A stretch of 64,000 nucleotides of DNA from Terriglobia bacterium (lineage in GTDB: Bacteria > Acidobacteriota > Terriglobia > Acidiferrales > UBA7541). The stretch covers positions 25,710 through 89,709 of the forward strand of contig JAIQEV010000005.1 in NCBI GenBank assembly GCA_020073585.1. The letters run 5' to 3'. The translations under genes and the position numbers were made by a program. Below, one piece after another: positions 8,861 to 18,165 of this stretch. Position 1 is the stretch's first letter, and each line of letters opens with the position of its first letter. The notes beneath the pieces are model-generated. The model was not told where the DNA came from and searched no databases. It worked only from the letters and a program-made list of their open reading frames with translations.

Positions 8861-8997
8861 TCCATTATGTTTACTTCTTGCCTGGCCTCCAGGAGCCCGT
8901 CCATCGGCTCTCGGCATACGCCGGCCGCGCCGGACGGGCAGCAGCGCCCGCCCACGGCAGCCGCCGCATGCCAACGCCAACGGGCCGGGCGCGCCGC

Positions 8998-9492
8998 TTA
9001 CTTGGCTGGCGGATAGGTTTGGTACTTGGTGATGTCCAGCTTTTCCCAGTCGCCGCGGATGATGCCCGCGCGGATCTGCGCCGCGCTCTTGCCCTTGCGT
9101 TGCTGCTCGGCGGCGTAGAAGGTTTCGCGCATGCAGATGTCGCAGCCCGAGGCGTGCTGCGAGACGTAGCAATCGAGCAGGCTGCCGTGGCCGACGCTGC
9201 GGTCGCAATGGCAGTAGCACGGCTGCTGGTAGAGCGTCTTCTTGATGCGCGCCGCGGTGGCGTACGCGTTTTTCACTACCGGATCGTTGAACTGCCCGGG
9301 GCCGAGCGTGGCCGGGAGCGGCCCTTCCGGCGCCTGGCGGTGATGCGCCGGCACGGCGCCGGGCTCCTGCGCGGAGCCGGAAGCGGCCCCCTGCGGCAAG
9401 AGCACCAGGCCCAGCGCCAGGCCCAGCAGGATCGCACTGCCGTTGACCGCTTTGCGGTCACAGAAATAAAGGAGAGTTCGCATCGCTCGCAT
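8998..9492 (-). CDS. Secreted Cys-rich protein with PCYCHC motif (CYCXC-family-like)
   Basis: Start set at ATG 9492 (GGAGG 7 nt upstream). Signal/TM LLGLALGLVLL. Motifs QQPCYCHCD, LLDCYVSQHASGCDICM. The family name is from memory of NCBI annotation. Confidence 0.6.
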   Translation of the reverse strand: MRAMRTLLYFCDRKAVNGSAILLGLALGLVLLPQGAASGSAQEPGAVPAHHRQAPEGPLPATLGPGQFNDPVVKNAYATAARIKKTLYQQPCYCHCDRSVGHGSLLDCYVSQHASGCDICMRETFYAAEQQRKGKSAAQIRAGIIRGDWEKLDITKYQTYPPAK

Positions 9493-9644
9493 CGGGTAAA
9501 CCTCCAAGCTGCTGCCCTACTGTACGGCCATCACGGCGAAATTTCCAGCTTCCGCCGCGGCGGCATGCGCCAGTGGGCCAGAGGGCACCTGTACGCGCGT
9601 ACTACTTGACGCGGAAACGGATTTCGGTAAACTGCTTTTTCTTC

Positions 9645-9932
9645 ATGGCTACGCAGCTCCAAATCGTGCCCACGGAAATCCTGCTGGATTTCGATCTCCC
9701 GCAGCGCGAAGCGGCCTTCTTCTACGGGCTGTTTCTGCGCGGGCATTCCCCGGAAGAGCTGCGGCGGGACATCGCCGTGCCCCCCGTGGTGATGGCCAAG
9801 TGGCATCGCGAGGCCGAGCGCCAGCCGGAACTGCGCGACCTCTTCACGCGCATGATCGAATACCGCCGCCACGTCCTGGCCATTTTCGACGCCCTGGTGG
9901 GCACGGACGGCCGCCCGCACCGCCTGCAGTAA
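9645..9932 (+). CDS. Stand-alone sigma-70 region-4-like HTH mini-protein (95 aa)
   Basis: LPQREAAFFYGLFLRGHSPEELRRDIAVPPVVMAKWHREAE aligns position by position with the ECF sigma region 4.2 pattern LPxRxRxVFxLxxxEGLSxxEIAxxLGISxGTVKSRLxRAR. No region 2 is present. Confidence 0.45.
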   Translation: MATQLQIVPTEILLDFDLPQREAAFFYGLFLRGHSPEELRRDIAVPPVVMAKWHREAERQPELRDLFTRMIEYRRHVLAIFDALVGTDGRPHRLQ

Positions 9933-10095
9933 TCCCGATTCCCATTTTTTGGGAGGAGCCAACCTGTCCGCAAGGCCAGTGTCTGCCGCCTGTTCGCTGG
10001 CGCAGGGGCCGCCCGGAACGAGGCAACCCCGGCCACGGGGCGGGCCTCTAAACGAAATCAGGGGCAAGTTGCAGATAATGAAGGGGATTCCCTGA

Positions 10096-10124
10096 TTGAC
10101 GTGGGCTTGCCATGCGGTTAGAAT
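10096..10124 (+). promoter_or_regulatory. Candidate sigma70 promoter of the GWxTD operon
   Basis: TTGACG (10096-10101), 17-nt spacer, TAGAAT (10119-10124). Downstream SD GAGGTG lies 5 nt before ATG 10153. Confidence 0.5.
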
Positions 10125-10152
10125 TTGTACTCTTATGGGCAGAGGTGTCTTT

Positions 10153-11838
10153 ATGACGCGGTTTTCGCGCGCCTTCGCGGCGTGTGCGCTTTTCCTGACT
10201 TTCGGTCTGGGCTCGGCAGTCGCGCAGGAAATTCCTACGCCGGCTGCGAAGACGGACAAAGATTCCCGGAAAAAAATGAAGCAGGTGTACAAGGAGCTGG
10301 GCGAGGCTTACAAGCACTGGCTCGACGAAGACGTCGTGTACATCATCTCGCCGGACGAGCGCAAAGCGTTTCTGCAGCTCTCCACCAATGAAGAGCGCGA
10401 GCAGTTCATCGAGCAGTTCTGGCTGCGGCGCAGCAGCAATCCGGATCTCCCGGACAACGATTTCAAGGAAGAGCATTACCGGCGCATCGCCTACGCCAAC
10501 GAGCATTTCGCTTCGGGCATCCCGGGATGGAAGGCCGACCGCGGGCGCATCTACATCATCTGGGGCCCGGCGGACGAAGTGCAGACCCACCCGACGGGCG
10601 GCACCTACGACCGGCCCATGGACGAAGGCGGGGGATCGACGTCCACCTATCCGTGGGAGACGTGGCGCTACCGGCATCTGGAAGGGATCGGCGAGGACAT
10701 CGAACTGGAATTCGTGGATCCCTCGGGCTCCGGGGAATATCACCTGACGATGGACCCCTCGGAAAAAGATGCGCTGTTGCACGTGCCGGGCGCGGGGCTG
10801 ACGCAGCTGGAAGCGATGGGCATGGCCTCGAAGACCGACCGGTTCACCAATTCCGACGGCACAAACCTGGGCAAGAGCCTCGGCGGCTCGCGCTCGGCGA
10901 AGTACAACGAATTCAGCCGGCTCGAGCAATACACCAAGGTCCAGCAGCCGCCGGCGGTAAAGTTCAAGGACCTGGAAGCGGTGGTGACGTCGCGCATCGT
11001 GCGCGATCAGATCCACTTCAACTGGCGCACCGACTACCTGAAGGTGACCACCGAATCGGTGCTGGTGCCGGTGACCATCCAGATTCCCAACTCCCAGCTT
11101 TCCTTCAAGGACAAGGACGGGGTGCATTCCGCGACGCTGAACATTTTCGGGCGGGTGAGCACGCTGACGGGGCGCGTGGTGCAGACCTTCGAGGATTCGG
11201 TCAGCCGCGATTTTCCGGACACCTTGTTCCAGCAGTCGGTCAAGCTCTCCTCGATCTACCAGAAGGCGGTGCCGCTGCGTCCCGGGCTGTACCGGCTGGA
11301 CCTGGTGATCAAGGACGTGCAGAGCGGCAACATCGGGGTGGTGAATTCGCGCCTGGCCGTGCCGCGCTATGAGGAGGACAAGATCCAGGCGAGCTCGCTG
11401 ATCCTCGCGGACCAGCTCGAGCACGTGCCGGCGAAGCAGATCGGCTCGGGGCAGTTCGTGCTGGGCTCCTCGAAGGTGCGGCCGCGGCTGGATGCGGACT
11501 TCACGGTGAACGACAAGCTGGGCATCTACCTGCAGGTGTACAACCTGAAGGTGGACGAAAAGACGCACAAGCCCAGCGGCACGGTGCAGTACCTGGTGCG
11601 CAAGGGCGACCAGCAGATGATGGAGTTCAAAGAGACCACGCAAGAGATGAAGCAAAGCGGCGACCAGATGACCATCGAGCGGCTGCTGCCGCTGAGCACG
11701 CTGGCGCCGGGCAAATATACCCTGGAGATTCACGCTACGGATCAACTGGCGAATCAGACCATTTCCCGGTCGGCGGAGTTCACGGTGAAGGCCGCGCCGG
11801 AAACCAAGGCAGCGGCGAACGCGACTCCGGGGAGGTAA
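10153..11838 (+). CDS. GWxTD-domain protein, secreted
   Basis: Signal peptide MTRFSRAFAACALFLTFGLGSAVAQ. Signature GIPGWKADRGRIYIIWGPADE (GWxxD...GxP). C-terminal Ig-like region (PGKYTLEIHATD). Confidence 0.8.
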   Translation: MTRFSRAFAACALFLTFGLGSAVAQEIPTPAAKTDKDSRKKMKQVYKELGEAYKHWLDEDVVYIISPDERKAFLQLSTNEEREQFIEQFWLRRSSNPDLPDNDFKEEHYRRIAYANEHFASGIPGWKADRGRIYIIWGPADEVQTHPTGGTYDRPMDEGGGSTSTYPWETWRYRHLEGIGEDIELEFVDPSGSGEYHLTMDPSEKDALLHVPGAGLTQLEAMGMASKTDRFTNSDGTNLGKSLGGSRSAKYNEFSRLEQYTKVQQPPAVKFKDLEAVVTSRIVRDQIHFNWRTDYLKVTTESVLVPVTIQIPNSQLSFKDKDGVHSATLNIFGRVSTLTGRVVQTFEDSVSRDFPDTLFQQSVKLSSIYQKAVPLRPGLYRLDLVIKDVQSGNIGVVNSRLAVPRYEEDKIQASSLILADQLEHVPAKQIGSGQFVLGSSKVRPRLDADFTVNDKLGIYLQVYNLKVDEKTHKPSGTVQYLVRKGDQQMMEFKETTQEMKQSGDQMTIERLLPLSTLAPGKYTLEIHATDQLANQTISRSAEFTVKAAPETKAAANATPGR

Positions 11839-11844
11839 ATCGTC

Positions 11845-13587
11845 GTGAAAAACGGACGGCACCGGACGACCATCCCGGGGGCCCTGATCCTGAGCGCGGC
11901 GCTGTTGTCGCTGTTCAGCGTGGCCGCGGCGGCACAGACGAAAGCGGTTTTCGGCAAGCTCGCCGGAGTGGTGCGCGACGCGGCCGGAACGCCGCAGATG
12001 GGCGCAAGCGTGCAGATCGTCCCGGAAGGGACGGGGCTGGCGTCTTCCGAAGAATACCTCACCAACACCCAGGGCATTTTCCGGGGCGATCGCTTCGCTC
12101 CCGGGCTGTATACCGTGCGCGTGACGCTGGCCGGGTTTCTGCCCACCGTGGAACAGCACGTGCGCGTCACCGCGCACCTGACCACGCTGGTGCGCATCGA
12201 GCTGGACTCGATGTTTGCCTCGCTGGACCGCTTGCGCCGGCAGCCCGCCGCGACCTCGGATACCGACGACTGGAAGTGGGTGCTGCGCTCGTCGGCGGCC
12301 ATGCGGCCGGTGCTGCAATGGATGGAAGAGAACGGGAGTGCGGGGCCGCACGGCGCGAAGGGCGGCGCTCCCGCGCTGCCGCACGCGCGCCTGGAGCTGA
12401 CCAGCGGGGCGCGGCGCCCCGGCTCGATTTCCAATCTGGCGGATGCGGCGGGGACAGCCTTTGCCTACGAGCAAAGGATCGGAACAGCCGGCAAACTGCT
12501 GCTGGCCGGGCAGGTGAGCTACGGGCGGGCGCCGGCGGGCGGCCTGGCGGCGATCTGGCGGCCCACGGGCTCGGCGGAGAACGGGCCGCAGACGACGCTG
12601 GTGCTGCGCGAAGCGCGGCTGGGGCCGGACGGGCCCGCGTTCCGCGGGGTGCGGGTGGAGCAGAGCGGAGTGGTGGCGCTGGGCGAGCGCGTGGCCGTGC
12701 GCTACGGCGCGGAATATGTTCTGGTGGGACTGGGAACGGCGGCTTCCTCGCTGCGCCCACGCACGGAAGTGGACGTGCGGGTGAACGACGACTGGCGCGC
12801 GGCGTTGATTTTCGCGGCGCAGCCCGGCGCTCCGGCGCTGGCGTCCAGCGGAGGGGAAGACCCCAACCGGGCGCTGGTGTCCGTGCTCAACCAACTGGAT
12901 GCGTTTCCGGCGCTGCTGTGGCGCAAGGGGCGCCCGGTGCTGGAAGGCGGCTGGCACGAAGAGCTGTCGGCGCAGCGCAAACTCGGCGCGCGGGGCAGCC
13001 TGCAGATTGCGGCGTTCCACGACGACAACAGCCATGTGGCGCTGTTCGGGCGGGGCAGCGACCTGGCCAACGAGGACTTCCTGCACAACTTTCTCTCCAA
13101 CGGCTTTGTAACCGACGGGGGTTCGTCCAGCGCGTGGGGCACGCGGCTGGCGGTGCGCGAGAAGGCGGGGGAGAACACCGAATTCACCGTGGTCTATGGG
13201 TTTGCAGGCGCGCTGGCGCCGGGGGAGCAGCCCGGCGCGGAGTTCCGCGAGGCGTTGCGCACGCGGCAGCGGCACACGCTTTCCGCCGGCGTCAAGACCC
13301 GGGTGCCCTGGCTGGGGACGCAAGTGGACGCGGGCTACAAGTGGGTCAGCGGGAGAATTCTCTCCCGGCCGGACAGCTTCGGCGAGGCCCTCTTTCAGAA
13401 CGATCCCTACCTGCACGTAAACCTGCGCCAGGCCCTGCCGAAGTTCGCCCCGGGCCACTGGGAGGCTTTGGCGGAGTGCCAGAACCTGCTGGCACAAGGA
13501 TATGTACCGGTGAGCGGGCGGGATGGCAGCGTGGTGCTGGTGCCGGTGTTCCGAAGCTTCCGCGGCGGCGTAAGTGTGCAATTCTGA
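11845..13587 (+). CDS. Outer-membrane protein with N-terminal carboxypeptidase-regulatory-like domain and C-terminal beta-barrel
   Basis: Signal peptide. GVVRDAAGTPQMGASVQIV...GLYTVRVTLAGF (CarboxypepD_reg pattern). Ends RGGVSVQF with a terminal Phe. Starts 6 nt after the GWxTD stop. Confidence 0.65.
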   Translation: MKNGRHRTTIPGALILSAALLSLFSVAAAAQTKAVFGKLAGVVRDAAGTPQMGASVQIVPEGTGLASSEEYLTNTQGIFRGDRFAPGLYTVRVTLAGFLPTVEQHVRVTAHLTTLVRIELDSMFASLDRLRRQPAATSDTDDWKWVLRSSAAMRPVLQWMEENGSAGPHGAKGGAPALPHARLELTSGARRPGSISNLADAAGTAFAYEQRIGTAGKLLLAGQVSYGRAPAGGLAAIWRPTGSAENGPQTTLVLREARLGPDGPAFRGVRVEQSGVVALGERVAVRYGAEYVLVGLGTAASSLRPRTEVDVRVNDDWRAALIFAAQPGAPALASSGGEDPNRALVSVLNQLDAFPALLWRKGRPVLEGGWHEELSAQRKLGARGSLQIAAFHDDNSHVALFGRGSDLANEDFLHNFLSNGFVTDGGSSSAWGTRLAVREKAGENTEFTVVYGFAGALAPGEQPGAEFREALRTRQRHTLSAGVKTRVPWLGTQVDAGYKWVSGRILSRPDSFGEALFQNDPYLHVNLRQALPKFAPGHWEALAECQNLLAQGYVPVSGRDGSVVLVPVFRSFRGGVSVQF

Positions 13588-13717
13588 ACTCTGAGAACGG
13601 GGCTTTGGAAAGCTGTAGGACACCTACCAGAAAGCGGATATTTCCAGGCCGACACCTGCTGTCTGCTTCCAATTGCTTGAAAACAGGGGTGTTGTTCTGG
13701 GCGCGCCTACCAAATGA

Positions 13718-13733
13718 TGGAACTGGAGTTGCT
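13718..13733 (+). promoter_or_regulatory. Candidate sigma54 (-24/-12) promoter
   Basis: TGGAAC-TGGAG-TTGCT fits TGGCAC-N5-TTGCW with correct GG/GC spacing, 70 nt upstream of the kinase ATG. Confidence 0.45.
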
Positions 13734-13802
13734 GGCTTATAAGGATAGCGTTGATCGCTTCGCGGTCACGGAAATAGAGGGCGGAACGGTTCCGTACGAG
13801 CA

Positions 13803-16697
13803 ATGAAGCAGAGCCTGCGGGTAAGCCTGGGTGCGGTGCTGCTGGCGGTGGTGACGCTGGCGGCGATGATCTTTGCCGCCCTGAACTTCAACCAGCGGGC
13901 GCGCTTCGAGACCCCGGATGACGGGGTGAGCTGGCTGGACAGCGAACGGGGCGTGGAAGCCTGGCAGGTGGCGGCCAATTCTCCCGGGGCCAGCGCGGGG
14001 ATCCACGCCGGAGACCGCCTGGTTTCCATCGAGGGCGTGGGCATCGGCAAGGCCGTGCAGGTGACCAAGCGGCTGTGGCGCGCGGGGCTGTGGACCCAGG
14101 TGCGCTACCGGCTGGAGCGCAGCGGCGAGGAGTACGAAACCCGGCTGGTGACCGCGCCGGCGGAAAAGCCGGCCTCCATCGAAACGTACTTGCGCTTCGT
14201 GGGCCTGCTGTACCTGTTCATCGGGCTGTTCATCTTCGTGCGCCGGTGGAACGCGCCGCGCGCCGTGCACTTCTACATTTTCTGCCTGGTCTCGTTCATC
14301 CTGTATTCGTTCCACTTCAGCGGGAAACTGGACGCGTTCGACTGGGAAGTCTACTGGTCGAACATCGCCGGGCGGCTGCTGGCGCCGGCGCTGCTGCTGC
14401 ATTTCGCGCTGGTCTTTCCGGACCAGCGGGAAGTGCGCCTGAGCCCGGTCTCCGGGAAGTCGCTGTGGGCGCTCCCGCTGCGCTGGCTGGACCGGCTGCT
14501 GTCGTTCGTGCCCTCGCCGGTGCGCGTGGTGGCGTTGGCCTACAGCGTGCCGGCCCTGCTGCTGGCGGTGCACATCAGCGTGGCCATCAACGCGCTGGGA
14601 TTCATCCCCTGGCTGGGCGCGCGCCTGGTTCTGGACAAGATCGAGCTGGCCTATCTGGCGCTGGCGTTTCTGGGGGCGGGGCTGGTGTTTCACCGCAGCT
14701 ACCGGGAAGCGCCGGCCGGGGTGCTGCGCCAGCAGTTGAAGTGGCTGACCGGCGGCACGCTGACCGGCAGCCTGCCCTTCACGCTGTTCTACATCGCGCC
14801 GTTTGTGTTCGACGCCGCGCTGCGCCCGTGGATGAAATTTTCGGTGCTGAGCCTGGTGCTGATTCCGCTGTGCTTCGGCTACGCCATCATCCGCTACCGA
14901 CTGATGGACGTGGACATCATCTTCAAGCGCGGCCTGGCGTACACGGCGGCGACGGCGGGGGTGGTGGCGGCCTATTTCGGGCTGATCGGGCTGATCGGAT
15001 GGATCTTCCGCACGCAGATCACCCCGGGGGTGGCCGGCGAGGTCATCGCCATCGTGATGGCGGCGTTCCTGTTCCAGCCCTTCCGGGACTGGACGCAGGC
15101 GCGCCTGGACCGCTTCTTCTACCGCGACCGCCTGGACTACCGGCGCACGCTGATCGAATTCGGGCGGACGCTGACCAACGAGGTGCGCGTGGAGCCGATG
15201 CTGGGCTCGGTGATGGACCGCGTGTCGCAGACGCTGCTGGTGGACCGCCTGGCGATCTTCGTGGAAGACGCGGCGCAGCCGGGGCAGATGCGCCTGGCGC
15301 GTTCGCAGGGCCTGCGCTTTTCGGAAACTTTGGATCTGCGCTTTCTCGAGCCGGCCCGGCCCGAGTTCGCGCGCGGGGCGCTCTTTTTCGAGTCGCCCCG
15401 CAGCGCGCGTGACGTGGCGGAGCCGGTGCGGCGCACGCTGGAGCAACTGGACCTGAACTACTACGTGCCCTGCCGCATCCGCGAGCACACCGTGGCCATC
15501 CTGGGGCTGGGAAAGACGGTGGACGGGGATTTCCTGTCCAGCGACGACGTGGAACTGGTGCAGACCATCGCGGGCTACCTGGCGGTGGCCCTGGACAATG
15601 CGCAGCTCTACAGCTCGCTGGAGCAGAAGGCCCTGGAAATCGCGCGCCTGAAGGACTTCAGCGAGAACATCGTGGAGTCGCTGAACGTGGGAGTGCTGGC
15701 GGTGGACCTGGAAGGCAGCGTGGAATCGTGGAACACGCGCATGGAGCAGCTCTTCGGGGTGCCGCGGCAGGAGGCCCTGGGGCAGCCGCTGGCGGCGCTG
15801 CTGCCGGCGGAACTGGCGGCGGAAATTCTGGCGCGGGCGGGCGACGAGCAGGTCAGCGGAATTTACAAGCACCGGCTGCAACACCGCGGGCGGGCGCTGA
15901 CGCTGAACGTCTCGATCACCCCGCTGGTGAGCAAATCCGGGGAGCATATCGGGCGGCTGCTGCTGTTCGACGACGTGACCGTGCGCGAGCGCATGGAAGG
16001 GCAGATGACGCAGACGGAGAAGCTGACCTCGCTGGGGCTGCTGGCGGCGGGCGTGGCGCACGAGGTGAACACGCCGCTGGCGGTGATCTCCAACTACATC
16101 CAGATGCTGGCCAAGCAGATGCCCGCGGGCGACCCGCGGCAGGGACTGATCGAGAAGATCGTGAAGCAGACGTTCCGGGCCAGCGAGATCGTGAACAACC
16201 TGCTGAATTTTTCGCGCACGGGAGCGGCGGAGTTCGCGGAGGTGGACGTCAACCGGGTGGTGGAGGAGACGCTGTCGCTGGTGGCGCATCCGCTGAAGAC
16301 CTCGCGGGTGCAGGTGGTGAAGCACCTGGGAGAGGCGCTGCCCGCGGTGCACGGCTCGCCGAACAAGCTGCAGCAGGTCTTTCTGAACCTGTTCCTCAAC
16401 GCCAAGGACGCCATGCCCGAGGGGGGCATGCTGGAAGTGCGCACGATGGCGCACAACGGGAGCGTGGAGATCGAAGTGGCGGACACCGGCGCGGGGATTT
16501 CCCGCGAGCACATCCACCGCATCTTCGATCCGTTCTTCACCACCAAGGCCAACGGGCGGGGAACGGGGCTGGGGCTTTCGGTGAGTTACGGAATCATCAA
16601 GGAACATGCGGGAAAGATCGACGTGCGCTCGACGCCCGGCAAGGGCACCTCCTTCCACCTGGAGTTCCCCGCAGCAAGAAAGCCGGTGCATGTCTAA
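13803..16697 (+). CDS. Multi-domain sensor histidine kinase (TM, periplasmic PDZ, polytopic membrane region, GAF, PAS, HisKA, HATPase_c)
   Basis: 964 aa. PDZ-like GIHAGDRLVSIEGVGIG. At least 6 hydrophobic helices. H-box LAAGVAHEVNTPL. N/G boxes NLFLNAKDAM, DTGAGI, GTGLGLS. Confidence 0.9.
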   Translation: MKQSLRVSLGAVLLAVVTLAAMIFAALNFNQRARFETPDDGVSWLDSERGVEAWQVAANSPGASAGIHAGDRLVSIEGVGIGKAVQVTKRLWRAGLWTQVRYRLERSGEEYETRLVTAPAEKPASIETYLRFVGLLYLFIGLFIFVRRWNAPRAVHFYIFCLVSFILYSFHFSGKLDAFDWEVYWSNIAGRLLAPALLLHFALVFPDQREVRLSPVSGKSLWALPLRWLDRLLSFVPSPVRVVALAYSVPALLLAVHISVAINALGFIPWLGARLVLDKIELAYLALAFLGAGLVFHRSYREAPAGVLRQQLKWLTGGTLTGSLPFTLFYIAPFVFDAALRPWMKFSVLSLVLIPLCFGYAIIRYRLMDVDIIFKRGLAYTAATAGVVAAYFGLIGLIGWIFRTQITPGVAGEVIAIVMAAFLFQPFRDWTQARLDRFFYRDRLDYRRTLIEFGRTLTNEVRVEPMLGSVMDRVSQTLLVDRLAIFVEDAAQPGQMRLARSQGLRFSETLDLRFLEPARPEFARGALFFESPRSARDVAEPVRRTLEQLDLNYYVPCRIREHTVAILGLGKTVDGDFLSSDDVELVQTIAGYLAVALDNAQLYSSLEQKALEIARLKDFSENIVESLNVGVLAVDLEGSVESWNTRMEQLFGVPRQEALGQPLAALLPAELAAEILARAGDEQVSGIYKHRLQHRGRALTLNVSITPLVSKSGEHIGRLLLFDDVTVRERMEGQMTQTEKLTSLGLLAAGVAHEVNTPLAVISNYIQMLAKQMPAGDPRQGLIEKIVKQTFRASEIVNNLLNFSRTGAAEFAEVDVNRVVEETLSLVAHPLKTSRVQVVKHLGEALPAVHGSPNKLQQVFLNLFLNAKDAMPEGGMLEVRTMAHNGSVEIEVADTGAGISREHIHRIFDPFFTTKANGRGTGLGLSVSYGIIKEHAGKIDVRSTPGKGTSFHLEFPAARKPVHV

Positions 16698-18165
16698 GGG
16701 CTCGATCCTGGTAGTGGACGACGAATCGGAGATCCGCGAGGGTCTGGAGCTGTTGCTGACCTCGGAAGGGTACCGCGTGAGCAGCGCGGAAACGGGCGCC
16801 GCGGGCTTGGCCAAGCTGGAAGAGCAGCCCTACGACCTGCTGCTGCTGGACGTGAGCCTGCCGGACCGCAACGGTCTGGAGCTGCTGCGGGAGATCCGGC
16901 AGCGCGACGCGCACCTGGCGGTGGTGCTGATCACGGCGTACGGCTCGATCGACATGGCGCGGCAGGCCTTCAAGAGCGGCGCGCTGGACTACATCACCAA
17001 GCCGTGGTCCAACGACGAGCTGCTGGCGCAGGTGGCGCAGGCCGTGGAAGCGCAGAAGCTGCGCGAAGAAAACCTGCAGTTGAAGCGGGCGCTGAAGCAA
17101 CGCTTCAATTTCCCGAACATCATCGGCAAGAGCGAGAAAATGCTGAAGCTGCTGGACCTGGTGACGCAGGTGGCGGCGGCGCGCTCCACGGTGCTGGTCA
17201 GCGGGGAGAGCGGGACGGGCAAGGAGCTGATCGCCAAGGCCATTCACTCGGCGTCGCCGCGCGCGGACAAGGCTTTCGTGCCGGTGAACACGGGGTCCAT
17301 CCCGGCGGACCTGCTGGAATCGCAGCTCTTCGGGCACGTGCGCGGAGCGTTCACCAGCGCGGTGGCCTCCAAGAAGGGGCTCTTCGAAGTGGCCGACCAG
17401 GGCACGATTTTCTTCGACGAAATCGCCACCATCAGCCCGGAAACGCAGGCCAAGCTGCTGCGCGTGATCCAGGAGCGGGAGTTCATGCGCCTGGGCGGAA
17501 CGGAGCAGATCAAGGTGGACGTGCGCATCGTGGCGGCGTCCAACGTGGACCTGCTGACGCTGGTGCGCGAAGGGCGCTTCCGCGAGGACCTCTATCACCG
17601 CCTGAACGTGATCCACCTGCAGCTGCCGCCGCTGCGCGAGCGGCGCGAGGACGTGCCGCTGCTGCTGGCGCACTTCCTGCAGCGCTACTGCCAGGAAAAC
17701 GGCAAGCCGCCGCGGCAGTTCAGCGCGGGGGCGCTGAAGCTGATGATGGACTACGACTGGCCGGGGAACGTGCGCGAGCTGGAAAACGTGGTGGAGCGCG
17801 CGGTGGTGCTCTCGACGCAGGAAAAGATGGACGTGGACCTGCTTCCGGCGGCGCTGCGCAGCAAGGAAATCGTGCGCGGGGTGCGCCTGCAGCTCTCGGA
17901 TTTTCTGCCCCCGCTGCCGGGGGAGCCGGGCGCGCGGACCGGTGCGGACAGCACGCAGCCCTCGCTGTTTCAGATCATGGACGAGATCGAGCGGCGCATC
18001 ATCGTGGACATGCTGGAGCGCAGCGGCTGGAACCAGACGGAAGCGGCAGAGCGCTTCCTGATTCCGCTTTCGACGCTGAACCAGAAGATCAAGCGCCTGG
18101 GAATCGACGTGCGCCGGCGCGGGCGCGGCGCCGAAGAGGCCTACAGCGCGGCGCCCGGAAAGTAG
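16690..18165 (+). CDS. Sigma54-dependent (NtrC-family) response regulator: REC, AAA+, Fis-type HTH
   Basis: ILVVDDE...LLLLDVSLPD receiver. Walker A GESGTGKE. GAFTSA (GAFTGA variant). ESQLFGH. C-terminal HTH NQTEAAERFLIPLSTLNQKIKRLGI. ATGTCTAA overlap with the kinase stop. Confidence 0.9.
   Translation: MSKGSILVVDDESEIREGLELLLTSEGYRVSSAETGAAGLAKLEEQPYDLLLLDVSLPDRNGLELLREIRQRDAHLAVVLITAYGSIDMARQAFKSGALDYITKPWSNDELLAQVAQAVEAQKLREENLQLKRALKQRFNFPNIIGKSEKMLKLLDLVTQVAAARSTVLVSGESGTGKELIAKAIHSASPRADKAFVPVNTGSIPADLLESQLFGHVRGAFTSAVASKKGLFEVADQGTIFFDEIATISPETQAKLLRVIQEREFMRLGGTEQIKVDVRIVAASNVDLLTLVREGRFREDLYHRLNVIHLQLPPLRERREDVPLLLAHFLQRYCQENGKPPRQFSAGALKLMMDYDWPGNVRELENVVERAVVLSTQEKMDVDLLPAALRSKEIVRGVRLQLSDFLPPLPGEPGARTGADSTQPSLFQIMDEIERRIIVDMLERSGWNQTEAAERFLIPLSTLNQKIKRLGIDVRRRGRGAEEAYSAAPGK

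Noticed and set aside
10048-13623. 1191-aa ORF on the minus strand spanning the GWxTD and OM-barrel genes.
   Set aside because: It is antisense to two genes that have clear family motifs, signal peptides and SD sequences. Its translation is Arg/Pro/Ala/Gly/His-rich low-complexity sequence. This is a typical stop-codon-free antisense frame in high-GC DNA, not a gene.
13737-16814. 1025-aa minus-strand ORF opposite the sensor kinase.
   Set aside because: Same reasoning. The plus-strand product has complete PDZ/GAF/PAS/HisKA/HATPase motifs. The antisense product is R/Q/H/P-rich with no domain signatures.
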